NCBI GenBank assembly: GCA_050115495.1
Contig: JASFQK010000016.1
Span: 75,865-139,864 of the forward strand
Origin: Phycisphaerae bacterium
GTDB taxonomy: Bacteria; Planctomycetota; Phycisphaerae; UBA1845; Fen-1342
DNA: 64,000 bases
Direction of reading: 5' to 3'
Shown: positions 57,301 through 64,000 of the stretch, in pieces
Numbering within the stretch: position 1 is the first letter of the stretch
Layout of the letters: each line of letters opens with the position of its first letter
Made by a program: the position numbers and the translations under genes
The notes under the pieces: generated by a model
Told to the model about the DNA's origin: nothing
Seen by the model: only the letters and a program-made list of their open reading frames with translations
Database searches by the model: none

Positions 57301-59973
57301 CGGTTTCCCGCGCAGCACCACCGGCTCGTCGAACTCGATACGCAGCACCGCCTTCGGCAGCTCGTAGCTCTGCACCTGGAACGCCCCCGTGAACGTCGGC
57401 CCGTCCGGCCGCCGAACGATCAGCCTGTATTCGCCGGTGGGACCGTCGTCAGCGACGCGGAACTGTGTCGCGAATGTGCCGAAATCCGTCAGTTCGAGCG
57501 CCTCGGTGCACAGAACGCGCCCCTTGGCGTCCAGTACGTCCATCTTCCAGCCCAGCCGCTCGTCGTCGTAGCTCGCCGGCAAGCTGTACACGCCGTCGCG
57601 CACCTCGCGCAGGATGCCGCGGATGTTCACGGCGTCGCCCGGACGATACACCGGCCGATCCGTGTTGAGGTAGCCGCGGGCCTCCAGCCCCGTCGAGAAC
57701 TCCAGGTCGGCCAGCGAGAGGGCGTTGCCGGCCACGTGCCCCTCACGGATGGCGAGCACCGACAGCCCCTGCATATCCTTCAGCTCAGCGGCCTTGCCCA
57801 GCCACACGCCGTCGTCGCCGGTGGCGCCCTCAAGGCGGATCTTCTCGCCATCCGACACCAGGATCTCCACGCGTCCGGCCGGCTCCTGCTTCAGCATGTC
57901 CTCGGCGAAGACGAGCATCTGCCGCCGCGAGCTCTTCACCACCACGTCGAGATCCGAGCGGATCACCAGTGTCGTGGCCTCGATGCGGTTGATCGGGCCG
58001 CCCGCCGGCGGTTCGGCCGTGGCTCGCTCGTTGCTGACGTTGACCGCGTAGACGCCCGGGCCGTCCATCGGAATCTCGATCGTCTCCGTGATCGGCTTGT
58101 ACGGCGCGAAGCCCGTCACGTCCCGCTCGATCGTCCGGTCCGGATCGATCAGCACCAGGTCCAGCCGGTCCACGCCGCCCAGCACGTGGCTCTTGCGGAA
58201 GTAATCGACCATGTCGATGCGGTACAGCTTCACCGTCAGGTGGTCGACGTTGCGCACGTCCACCTTGATGCGGGCCGGCTCGTTCGTGCGGAACGTCCGC
58301 TCGGTCTGCACCATCAGCCGCGTCGCCTGCATCTGCTGAATGCGCGACGCCGCCTGGGCCTGCACCGAAGACCAGTTCAACTGGCGATAAGCGGCGATGG
58401 CTCCCTCCAGGTCGTGCACCCGCTCTTCGAGCACCATGCCGATTGCGAGCTGCGCCTGTCCGGCCTCCTCGGTGCCCGGGTACTTGTTCACCAGTCGCCG
58501 CCAGTGGGTCAGCGGCGCCTCCCAGTCGACCTTCCCGTCCTTCTTCTCCATTCTCACCTGCTCGGTGTAGGCCATCTGCCCGAAGGAGAAGAGGATGCCC
58601 CGCGTACGTGGGTCGAGCGGATACTTCTCGAGGAAGCGCGTCCACGCCTCGCGGGCTTCGTCATAGCGCTCGTCGACGACCGCATCGGCTCCGATCTGGT
58701 ACTCGGTGTTGACGATGGCCTGCTGCGCCGCCGACCAGTGCGCGCCGGCGGGGTATTTCGCCAGGTAGCCGCTCCACGTGCCGATCGCGTCTGCGTACTT
58801 CTTCTGGTTGAACTGCATCTGCCCGATTTGGAACAGGGCGTCCTGCGAGAGCTTCTCGGCCAGCTCCCGCGGCTTCTCCGCCTCAGGCTTGATCGCCTTG
58901 CGATCGATCAGCGCCTGGAAGGCGGCGATGGCCTCTTCGCTACGGCCGTGATAGGCGTAGGCGGCGCCGATGTCATACGCCGCCTGCACCGCCAGTCTGC
59001 TTTCCGGTTGCGCCGTGAGCAGTTGTTGCAGGGCCTGCACGCCGAGCGTGAGCTCATCGGGGCCTTCCGGTGCGGGCATGCCGTACGTTTGCCCCAGCAG
59101 GTACAACGTCTGGCGGTGGATGTCGCGTTGCCCCTCGTTCAGCGTGCCCAACCCCTCCAGGAGCGCCAGCAGGTCCTGACAAACCCGCCGCGCCTCGACA
59201 CGCTGCCCGTTCTCCCGCAGAACCTGCGCCAGACCGAGCCGGGCCGCCACGGTGTGCTTGCCCGGCTGCGCCGCGCCGGCGACCAGCGGCATCCGCCCGC
59301 GCCGCTGCTTCTCCAGCTCGCGGTACGCCGAATCGAAGATCGTCAGATACTCGGCATACTGCGTGGCCGCGTTGGACCATTGGTCGAGCATGTGGCTGCA
59401 CAGCGACCGCTTGTAGAGCAGGTCGTCCCGCAACGCCTCACCCGGTTCGAGCTCGAGCGCCGCCTCGTAGAACCGCCGGGCGCCGGCGTAGTCCGGCTGC
59501 CGCAGCGTCGCCGGCGGCGAGAAGTACCCATCGGCCAGTTTCAGGTAGATGTCCGCGACGGCCGCCTTCCGGCCCTCGCTTAGCAACTCCCGCACCCACT
59601 TCCCGTAGAGCTGCTGCGCGGCCTCGAAGTCATGCATGGCCGCATGGGCGTCGGCTTGCTGGAAGCGCGCCTTGCTCGTCCACGCCCCCTCGGGGAAACG
59701 CTCTATCTGCTCCGCGAATTGCGTGAGCGCCTCGGCCGGCTTCCCGCCGTAGAGCAGGGCCAGCCCCCGCCGGTAGAGGAGGTATTCCTGATCCTCCGGC
59801 TCGGCGGCGGGCAGTGCGGCGTCGATGAGCTGCGCCGCCCGGTCGTATTCCCGGTTGCGCATCGCGATTTGGATGTGGAGTTCGGCAGGCTCATCCGCCC
59901 AGACGTCAACCATGGGCAGAATCGCCAATAGCGCAACAAGCACAATGAAACGGCGTTTTGCTGAGTGCCACAT
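51364..59973 (-). CDS. Giant TPR-containing alpha-2-macroglobulin-family protein without thioester motif
   Basis: AGGAG RBS, ATG 59973 and signal peptide. TPR arrays, TDRPVYRPGD (MG2), FFPEVAYWNP...PDSSTTW, QNDDGGWAW (TED), ETIPAG...PGTY (RBD-like) and second TPR block. No CxEQ seen. Confidence 0.88.
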   Translation of the reverse strand: MWHSAKRRFIVLVALLAILPMVDVWADEPAELHIQIAMRNREYDRAAQLIDAALPAAEPEDQEYLLYRRGLALLYGGKPAEALTQFAEQIERFPEGAWTSKARFQQADAHAAMHDFEAAQQLYGKWVRELLSEGRKAAVADIYLKLADGYFSPPATLRQPDYAGARRFYEAALELEPGEALRDDLLYKRSLCSHMLDQWSNAATQYAEYLTIFDSAYRELEKQRRGRMPLVAGAAQPGKHTVAARLGLAQVLRENGQRVEARRVCQDLLALLEGLGTLNEGQRDIHRQTLYLLGQTYGMPAPEGPDELTLGVQALQQLLTAQPESRLAVQAAYDIGAAYAYHGRSEEAIAAFQALIDRKAIKPEAEKPRELAEKLSQDALFQIGQMQFNQKKYADAIGTWSGYLAKYPAGAHWSAAQQAIVNTEYQIGADAVVDERYDEAREAWTRFLEKYPLDPRTRGILFSFGQMAYTEQVRMEKKDGKVDWEAPLTHWRRLVNKYPGTEEAGQAQLAIGMVLEERVHDLEGAIAAYRQLNWSSVQAQAASRIQQMQATRLMVQTERTFRTNEPARIKVDVRNVDHLTVKLYRIDMVDYFRKSHVLGGVDRLDLVLIDPDRTIERDVTGFAPYKPITETIEIPMDGPGVYAVNVSNERATAEPPAGGPINRIEATTLVIRSDLDVVVKSSRRQMLVFAEDMLKQEPAGRVEILVSDGEKIRLEGATGDDGVWLGKAAELKDMQGLSVLAIREGHVAGNALSLADLEFSTGLEARGYLNTDRPVYRPGDAVNIRGILREVRDGVYSLPASYDDERLGWKMDVLDAKGRVLCTEALELTDFGTFATQFRVADDGPTGEYRLIVRRPDGPTFTGAFQVQSYELPKAVLRIEFDEPVVLRGKPISGHIIAEYTYGEPVVGKTVEYTLGLWSGEELKRAGVTDKEGKIAFTFDSTLFPEQDEVGMEARQAELDIHASGIALIAVQSFMAKVETLRREEVYLADEPIDVTITTLDLRGEPIKREMTLTALRRTHSRQGWAETTEQTVTVQTEEKNGQGRATLRLSKGGSYMLRAEGPDSLGHIVTAELDILISDKEDQTRLRLFSDRQHYRVGESIDLDVHSRLGETDNEQLALLTFEGEEIIGYRTLRLRPGHNNLDIPVVHEHFPNFAVGVAVMSGAAGDEPGRLHAATREFSVERELHITLKPERETYAPREELAVEVTVTDQQGQPVAAEIGLAMIDNALLSRYPDLTPEIVGFFQEGAWRRAALRTETSCIFRYQGQTRPMVTEVLSEERRLAEALGRAVSQPWESAEGRGERIRVTGEPRTNRVVINGPEQQVEQPQQAGEEMAGIPVSAGSALKPPQPSRQIQADMPQLRGVQALDLSQVQVQEQLFQSGRGQLFQSNQSTRSIMSYGHQRPRGGGAYAGFDLDLYNDSDGDGLADIKFGQFRDTTYRFAARRSVLEVMNKSQQRLCVGDAVRIRAIESELNSFLRSAPPRTFFPEVAYWNPRIVTDADGKATVRIIVPDSSTTWKLVARGVTPETLVGAGEAEVISREDFFVELFTPPIVAEGDQFQPRAAVHCLSDRKDEVRLVLTISGGTPPAPDGEDGPTPVQGAVPFRQERTLKLEGAGTYDVVFDALPAPVAGELVLELSATADNEEQLPQDAVTTEVPVRAWGMPVEAHAAGVRRDNEFVELELPPLDDGSQEYHDLQLTVAVGPSLQRWLIEEALESGPRWQYIEHQLSCSRIAPPRTHADAASGLLACLYAEDYVRARAADGEDGGADARLLSERSAGLIAQLLSAQNDDGGWAWSGKQARSDPWTTAHVAWALGKAQESGHAVAGPAREQLIAYLRKVFAEADPAQYELKATVLHGLSWLSEVDFAHVNRLHRQRQTLSNAALGRLALTFVRLDRKSAAAEVLHVLHERLRERAGDPPVRWLTNDAGSAWMESELEVTALALLAQLSVDARDSAVPGLVAYLVESARADGWRPHKARGAVLAALATYHAQGEQEAANYTVAVSVNGRERKRLSSGDSGSLRIDLGAEELGAGKQRVDFAFDGRGEYTYAVTLRGFSRTFPNPDLLDTRHVFRAWNRQVVPPPPEYDGRAVEPGFSVAREYKWFHNTARNLPVGDVASVNVGLRRWDPSASGAGDRDYLIVKETIPAGCRLLEESVRGNFLARDFTDNVLTLYYGSLEHPGDLRYRMVATTPGTYRLPPTIVQSLYRPERVHVNRSDQMLTVLSRGEKSPDEYKLSPDELYNLGKLYFEDAKYDEAAGFLEQLLAGKWVLNEEPYRESVRMLLMAALARDKAEDIVNYFEILREKYPDLIIPFEQIIKVADAYAHTGQPERAYLVYRATANASFVREAAVGGTLREEGRFLESVDFLKDLWRAYPDTPQVASTYYALAQTLYGQAEHPEAVRPRPAAEGAAPRPALTREEIIREAIALLERFLCLYPENPVADEAAYSLATAYLDLRDYWTAINRAREFIDRFAKSRWLDRFRYIEALALFHQGKFDQARELAQVVADSTYHDDQGVERPSPNKWLALYIIGQILHAENRTAEAITFYEKVRDRFADAAEAVTYFEEKRVSLPEVTIFHPRRSGGFFEADEWAREVRAAGPDAAQRPTDQLLYARPYGEPFIRLDYRNIKKAVLQVYRVDLLKLALVEKNLTEITAVNLAGIRPILEKEVELGNGCDYVDKARRVDLDVLPKDAADSDATGAGAYLVICRGDDLFASGLVLVTPLALEVQEDVGAQRARVNVVDAITRRGLSDVHLEAIGTAMSRFVSGQTDLRGVLVAEGINGYPTVVARDTAGHFAFYRSEGAVLAMAERYPQFNGPNDRGYPGSKVDYIGNLLEDNRRFQSMNSYQLEEMLQSRQKGVQVKSSQ

Positions 59974-60271
59974 GATGCCTGCTCCTGAAGAGAGGTGAAG
60001 TGGTTTTGCGGATAGTCGGCGCACCCGTCAGCCCCGTTTGCGACCCGTTTGGCAGGCACGGCCGCGATGGCGCGCCCATCCGTTGGACGCGCGGCCGTTG
60101 CCTCAGGTTCCCGATATCTTACGACCGTTCTGCCCGGGAGTTGCGTAACGCGCCTGTAACAACGTCCGTGCGCGCCCGCAGGGCCGATGGGCGGTTGCCG
60201 GCCCGCGGAATTCATGGCAGAATCGCGACTCACTCAACCTGACGCCGCGACCGGCAGGCAAGGAGGATCAA

Positions 60272-61495
60272 ATGCTGCGTGGCACGCTGTTTGGGATGCT
60301 TGGTGGGACCCTGTTTCTACTGCTTTGTGCCTGTCACAAGCCGGAGCCGCTCCAGCCGTTCGAGCCGCAGACGGGCAAGGACTACGGCCGGCCGCTGCCG
60401 CCGGGTGCCCTCGCCCTGCGCAAGATCAGCCCGGAGGACTACCCCGACTTCAGCGGCGGTTTTGACAATCAGGCCGGGCTGCGCGAGGCCATCGCCGAGA
60501 GCCTCGCGTACATGGCCAAGCCGTCCAGCCAGCGCTACTTCCCTTATGGCGACATCTCCCACGACCGCGCCGTCGCCTCGCTCGAGCGCTTCCGTCAGCT
60601 CCTCGACGAGGTGCATTCGGGGGCCGAGCTGGATGCGGCGGTCCGCAGCGAGTTCGACGTGTACCAGTCTGTCGGCTGCGACGATTGCGGCACCGTCTAC
60701 TTCACCGGCTACTACTGCCCGATCTTCGACGGTCGCAAGCAGCCGGACGCCCGGTTCCGCTACCCGCTGTACCGCCTGCCGCCGGACCTGGTGAAGAACG
60801 AGGAGGGGGTGACGCTGGGCCGCCGGCTCCGCGACGGGCGCCTGGTTCCGTACCCGACCCGGCGGCAGCTCGAGGGGCATCACCTGCTGAAGGGCGGCGA
60901 GCTCGCCTGGTTCAAGGACCCCTTCGAGGTGTACGTGGCCAGCGTCCAGGGATCGGCGAAGCTGAAGCTGGAGGACGGGACGACGTGGCAGCTCGCCTAC
61001 GCCGGCAACAACGGCTACGACTACACGCCCGTCTCCAGGAAGATGATAGAGGATGGAGTTATCGGGCGTAACGAAGTCTCCCTCCAGAACCTCCTGCGCT
61101 ATTTCGCGCAGCACCCGGAAGACGTCCAGCGCTATACCTGGGAGAACGATCGCTTCATCTTCTTCCGGGAGTCGCCGGGTGAGCCGGTGGGGAGCATTAA
61201 CGCGGTCATAACGCCGTATCGGACCCTGGCCACCGACAAGGCCGTCTTCCCCCGGGCGTGTCTGGCTTTCGTGAACTGCAAGCTTCCGAGGGTTTATGAA
61301 GGCGAGTTAACCCAAATGCCGTTCCGGGCCTTCGCCCTGGACCAGGATACGGGTGGGGCGATCCGGGCGGCGGGTAAATGCGACGTTTACATGGGCGTCG
61401 GCCCCCGAGCCGAAGCCATCGCCGGCCGAACCGGTGCCGAGGGCCAGCTCTACTATATATTTGTACGGCAGGGTGGTCCGGAAACGATAGATTGA
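60272..61495 (+). CDS. mltA: Membrane-bound lytic murein transglycosylase A
   Basis: AAGGAGG RBS and LCAC lipobox. FTGYYxP, YPLY, VQGS, FIFF and QDTGGAI (catalytic Asp). Confidence 0.9.
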   Translation: MLRGTLFGMLGGTLFLLLCACHKPEPLQPFEPQTGKDYGRPLPPGALALRKISPEDYPDFSGGFDNQAGLREAIAESLAYMAKPSSQRYFPYGDISHDRAVASLERFRQLLDEVHSGAELDAAVRSEFDVYQSVGCDDCGTVYFTGYYCPIFDGRKQPDARFRYPLYRLPPDLVKNEEGVTLGRRLRDGRLVPYPTRRQLEGHHLLKGGELAWFKDPFEVYVASVQGSAKLKLEDGTTWQLAYAGNNGYDYTPVSRKMIEDGVIGRNEVSLQNLLRYFAQHPEDVQRYTWENDRFIFFRESPGEPVGSINAVITPYRTLATDKAVFPRACLAFVNCKLPRVYEGELTQMPFRAFALDQDTGGAIRAAGKCDVYMGVGPRAEAIAGRTGAEGQLYYIFVRQGGPETID

Positions 61496-61503
61496 TTTTT
61501 CTG

Positions 61504-61532
61504 TTGACGGGGTCGGTTAAGCCGATGATAAT
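61504..61532 (+). promoter_or_regulatory. Sigma-70-type promoter of the sigma factor gene
   Basis: TTGACG-N17-GATAAT in an AT-rich intergenic region. Confidence 0.6.
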
Positions 61533-61595
61533 AAGGGTGTCATAACATAAGGCTCTTTCCTGGGTATTCCAACGGAGAGCTGAACGAGACATAAA

Positions 61596-61622
61596 TAAAG
61601 CGCTGCTGCTGACGGCCGACGA
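61596..61622 (+). promoter_or_regulatory. Possible sigma-28-type promoter of the sigma factor gene
   Basis: TAAA-N15-GCCGACGA. Confidence 0.4.
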
Positions 61623-61721
61623 TCATTAATTCTGCCCATTACCTGATCATCACGTTATCCACCTCTTTCCCGGCCGAATGGAGCGAGCAAGCCCTCGGTT
61701 TGCGCGCGACGTGGTGATCAG

Positions 61722-63416
61722 ATGCAAAACCTAATCTCCCCCGCGATCGCAGAATTGGCGAGACAGCTCGGGCGTGGTCCCTCACGTCTGAGGTTGCGCC
61801 AACTCCTCAACATCGAATTCCTGCTCTCTATCGTCGAGCCCGACAAGGGCTACCCTGTCGACTTCATCTGTCATGCGCTCACCGGCTTCCGCCGTTCATC
61901 GCGCGGCGCCCCGCTCAACGAGGGGCAGCTTATCGACGGCGATACGTTGGCTGGTGACCTGGTCGTGCTGGCCGAGCAGCTCAGCGAGAGTGCCGGCCTC
62001 ACGATCGAGCGGTGGGACGGGGTGGTCTTCTCCATCGGCGAACTCGCCAGGCGGTTCGACGTGAGCACCAAGACGATCTTCCGTTGGCGGCGCCGCGGAC
62101 TGGTCGGTTGGAAGTTCCGTTTCGCCGACCACCGCATGCGCGTGATGTTCCCGGATCAGTGCGTCCGGCGGTTCGTCGCCGGCAACGCCGACCTGGTGCA
62201 CCGCGGGCGGAGCTTCTCGCAGCTCAGCAAGGCCGAGCGAGCCCTGGTCATCGAGCGGGCCCGGGCCCTGTGCGACGCCGGCGAGACGACCGTCAACGCG
62301 GTCTGCCGGCAGATCGCCGCCGAGACCGGCCGGGCCATCGAGACGATCCGGCTGATCCTCAAGGCATACGACGAGGCCCACCCGCGGGCGGGCCTGTTCA
62401 ACCGGGCGGAGAGCAAGGTCGCCGCCGACGAACAGGAACTGGCCCTGTGGGAGGCTTACCAGGACGGTGCCGGCGTGGAGACGCTGGCCGCACGGTTCGG
62501 TCAGCCGGTGGCCTGGGTCTACCGCTGCGTGACGCGCATGCGGGCCCGGGCGTTGCAGGCCAGGTCGATCGAGTTCATCCCCAACGCCGAGTTCGAGTCT
62601 CCCGACGCCGACGAGCGGATCCTCACCGATCCGCCGGGCTTCTCTCCTTGGAAGAGCGAGGGTACGGCGGCCCGTCGCGTGCCGCGTGACCTGCCGCCGT
62701 ACCTGCAGCAGCTTTTCCGCCTGCCGCTGCTGACGAAGGAGGGCGAGGTTGCACTCTTCCGCCGGCTGAACTACCTGAAGTGGAAGGCGGACCAGGCCCG
62801 CCGGGCGCTGGACCCGGAGACGGCGGCGGCGTCGGAGCTCGACCGCGTCGAGGCGCTCCTGGCCGACGCCAACCGCGTCAAGAACCAGATTACGCAGGCC
62901 AATCTGCGGCTGGTCGTGAGCATGGCCAAGCGGCACCTGGGTGCCGGCCTCGACTTCTTCGAGATCGTCAGCGATGGGAACATGTCGCTGATGCGGGCCG
63001 TGGAGAAGTTCGATTACGCCCGCGGCTTCAAGTTCAGCACGTACGCCTCGTGGGCCATCATGCGGAACTACGCCCGCATGATTCCCGAGCAGCGTCATCA
63101 CGGCGACCGCTACCAGACCGGTCGCGACGAGCTGCTCGACAACCTGGCCGAGGCCCCGCTCGCCGAATACGACGACGAGCACCTGGTCGGGCTGCGGCGG
63201 GCGATCGGCCGCATGCTCTCGACGCTGGACGACCGTGAGGGCACGATTCTGCGGCAGCGCTTCGGCCTCGACGGCCATCGCGAGCCGCAGACGCTGGAGC
63301 AGATTGGACGTCGCTTCGGCGTATCGAAGGAACGTATCCGCCAGATCGAGTCGCGGGCGATCAGCCGACTGCGCAGCGACTTCGACGCGGACATCAAGCA
63401 GCTCCTGGGCGTCTAG
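61722..63416 (+). CDS. RNA polymerase sigma-70 family factor with long N-terminal HTH-containing extension
   Basis: Region 1.2 (YLQQLFRLPLLT), region 2 (ANLRLVVSMAK...AVEKFDYARGFKFSTYASW) and region 4 (TLEQIGRRFGVSKERIRQIE). N-terminal ELARRFDVSTKTIFRWRRRGL. Confidence 0.9.
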   Translation: MQNLISPAIAELARQLGRGPSRLRLRQLLNIEFLLSIVEPDKGYPVDFICHALTGFRRSSRGAPLNEGQLIDGDTLAGDLVVLAEQLSESAGLTIERWDGVVFSIGELARRFDVSTKTIFRWRRRGLVGWKFRFADHRMRVMFPDQCVRRFVAGNADLVHRGRSFSQLSKAERALVIERARALCDAGETTVNAVCRQIAAETGRAIETIRLILKAYDEAHPRAGLFNRAESKVAADEQELALWEAYQDGAGVETLAARFGQPVAWVYRCVTRMRARALQARSIEFIPNAEFESPDADERILTDPPGFSPWKSEGTAARRVPRDLPPYLQQLFRLPLLTKEGEVALFRRLNYLKWKADQARRALDPETAAASELDRVEALLADANRVKNQITQANLRLVVSMAKRHLGAGLDFFEIVSDGNMSLMRAVEKFDYARGFKFSTYASWAIMRNYARMIPEQRHHGDRYQTGRDELLDNLAEAPLAEYDDEHLVGLRRAIGRMLSTLDDREGTILRQRFGLDGHREPQTLEQIGRRFGVSKERIRQIESRAISRLRSDFDADIKQLLGV

Positions 63417-63467
63417 TCCGCACCGCGGCAGACGTCCAAGGCAATAGAACCCGTTGACCTCCTCAGA

Positions 63468-63505
63468 GAAGGCGGCCGGCCCCATACCGGCCGTCTTCGT
63501 TTTTT
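63468..63505 (+). terminator. Rho-independent terminator
   Basis: GAAGGCGGCCGG-loop-CCGGCCGTCTTC followed by GTTTTTT. Confidence 0.75.
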
Positions 63506-63726
63506 GGCCTGCCAGGCATGGCGTTGGACTTGGAGGTGCAAGTCCCCCGGCGGCCAGCAGGCAGCTCTTCGGGAACTGCGTCGAGGCCACCGGGTCGATG
63601 ATCCACGCCCAGCACATGTCGATGTGGGCGTTGCGGTAGCGATGTAGGGCAGACTATGTCCGCCAGGAAATCCGGCGGGTATAGCACGCGCTGCATTCCG
63701 TTAGGAACATTTTTGGGTGATTCTTC

Positions 63727-63755
63727 TTGACTTGCACGCGTTTATCAGCCATACT
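63727..63755 (+). promoter_or_regulatory. Sigma-70-type promoter
   Basis: TTGACT-N17-CATACT. Confidence 0.6.
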
Positions 63756-63965
63756 TTCTGATGGCTCAGTGGAACAGGTTGTGTTGTGCCCTCGTTAAGA
63801 CGATCGGAACGCGCGGAGTCATCGTGAGCCTTTCCACTGCGCCCTCGCGGCGCTGCGGCCTGTGCTACTGAACCACACGGTGGCTCCGCCTATGTGCAAG
63901 GCGAGCCGAGAAGGTGCTGCAACACCAACCCGGCTCTGGCCAAGCTACACCCCAAGGAGGTGCAG

Positions 63966-64000
63966 ATGGTTGCCGTCAATAGTACCGGGGATCCCATCGA
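63966..64000 (+). CDS. Start of an ORF running off the window (MVAVNSTGDPI...)
   Basis: Strong AAGGAGGTG Shine-Dalgarno just before ATG 63966. Confidence 0.55.
   Translation, partial: MVAVNSTGDPI

Noticed and set aside
51403..59583. Long + strand ORFs (932, 454 and 764 aa)
   Set aside because: Antisense shadows of the A2M gene.
61896..63617. Minus-strand 573-aa ORF
   Set aside because: Antisense shadow of the sigma factor.

Overview
High-GC bacterial chromosomal window, most consistent with a planctomycete (Phycisphaerae-like). This taxonomy is inferred from a DUF1559-type prepilin with an H-x-DG C-terminus, dockerin-like tails, expanded CxxCxY...CPECG zinc-ribbon membrane proteins and an N-terminally extended sigma-70. 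Conventional genes: serine hydrolase, citF, a chemosensory/two-component cluster, PafA-type phosphatase, ABC exporter, DUF3857/transglutaminase pair, GH113-like lipoprotein, giant TPR/alpha-2-macroglobulin, mltA and a sigma factor. The most unusual content is three tandem paralog expansions of envelope proteins. (i) Two lipoproteins made only of the SecD periplasmic P1 domain. (ii) Three zinc-ribbon/TM proteins whose starts are exactly 1290 bp apart and whose sequences look mosaic. (iii) A 13-kb array of five non-cleavable pseudopilin-like proteins and three zinc-ribbon polytopic membrane proteins; they are translationally coupled, each module has a conserved TTGACG-N16-GA(C/G)AAT promoter, and modules are separated by REP/REPIN-like palindromes. 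Also notable: an MCP with three apparently periplasmic CZB domains, a PstS-like/dockerin protein next to a phosphatase, and a thioester-less A2M divergent from mltA. No rRNA, tRNA, CRISPR, transposase, integrase or reverse transcriptase was recognised. All family calls are from motif reading, not database searches.
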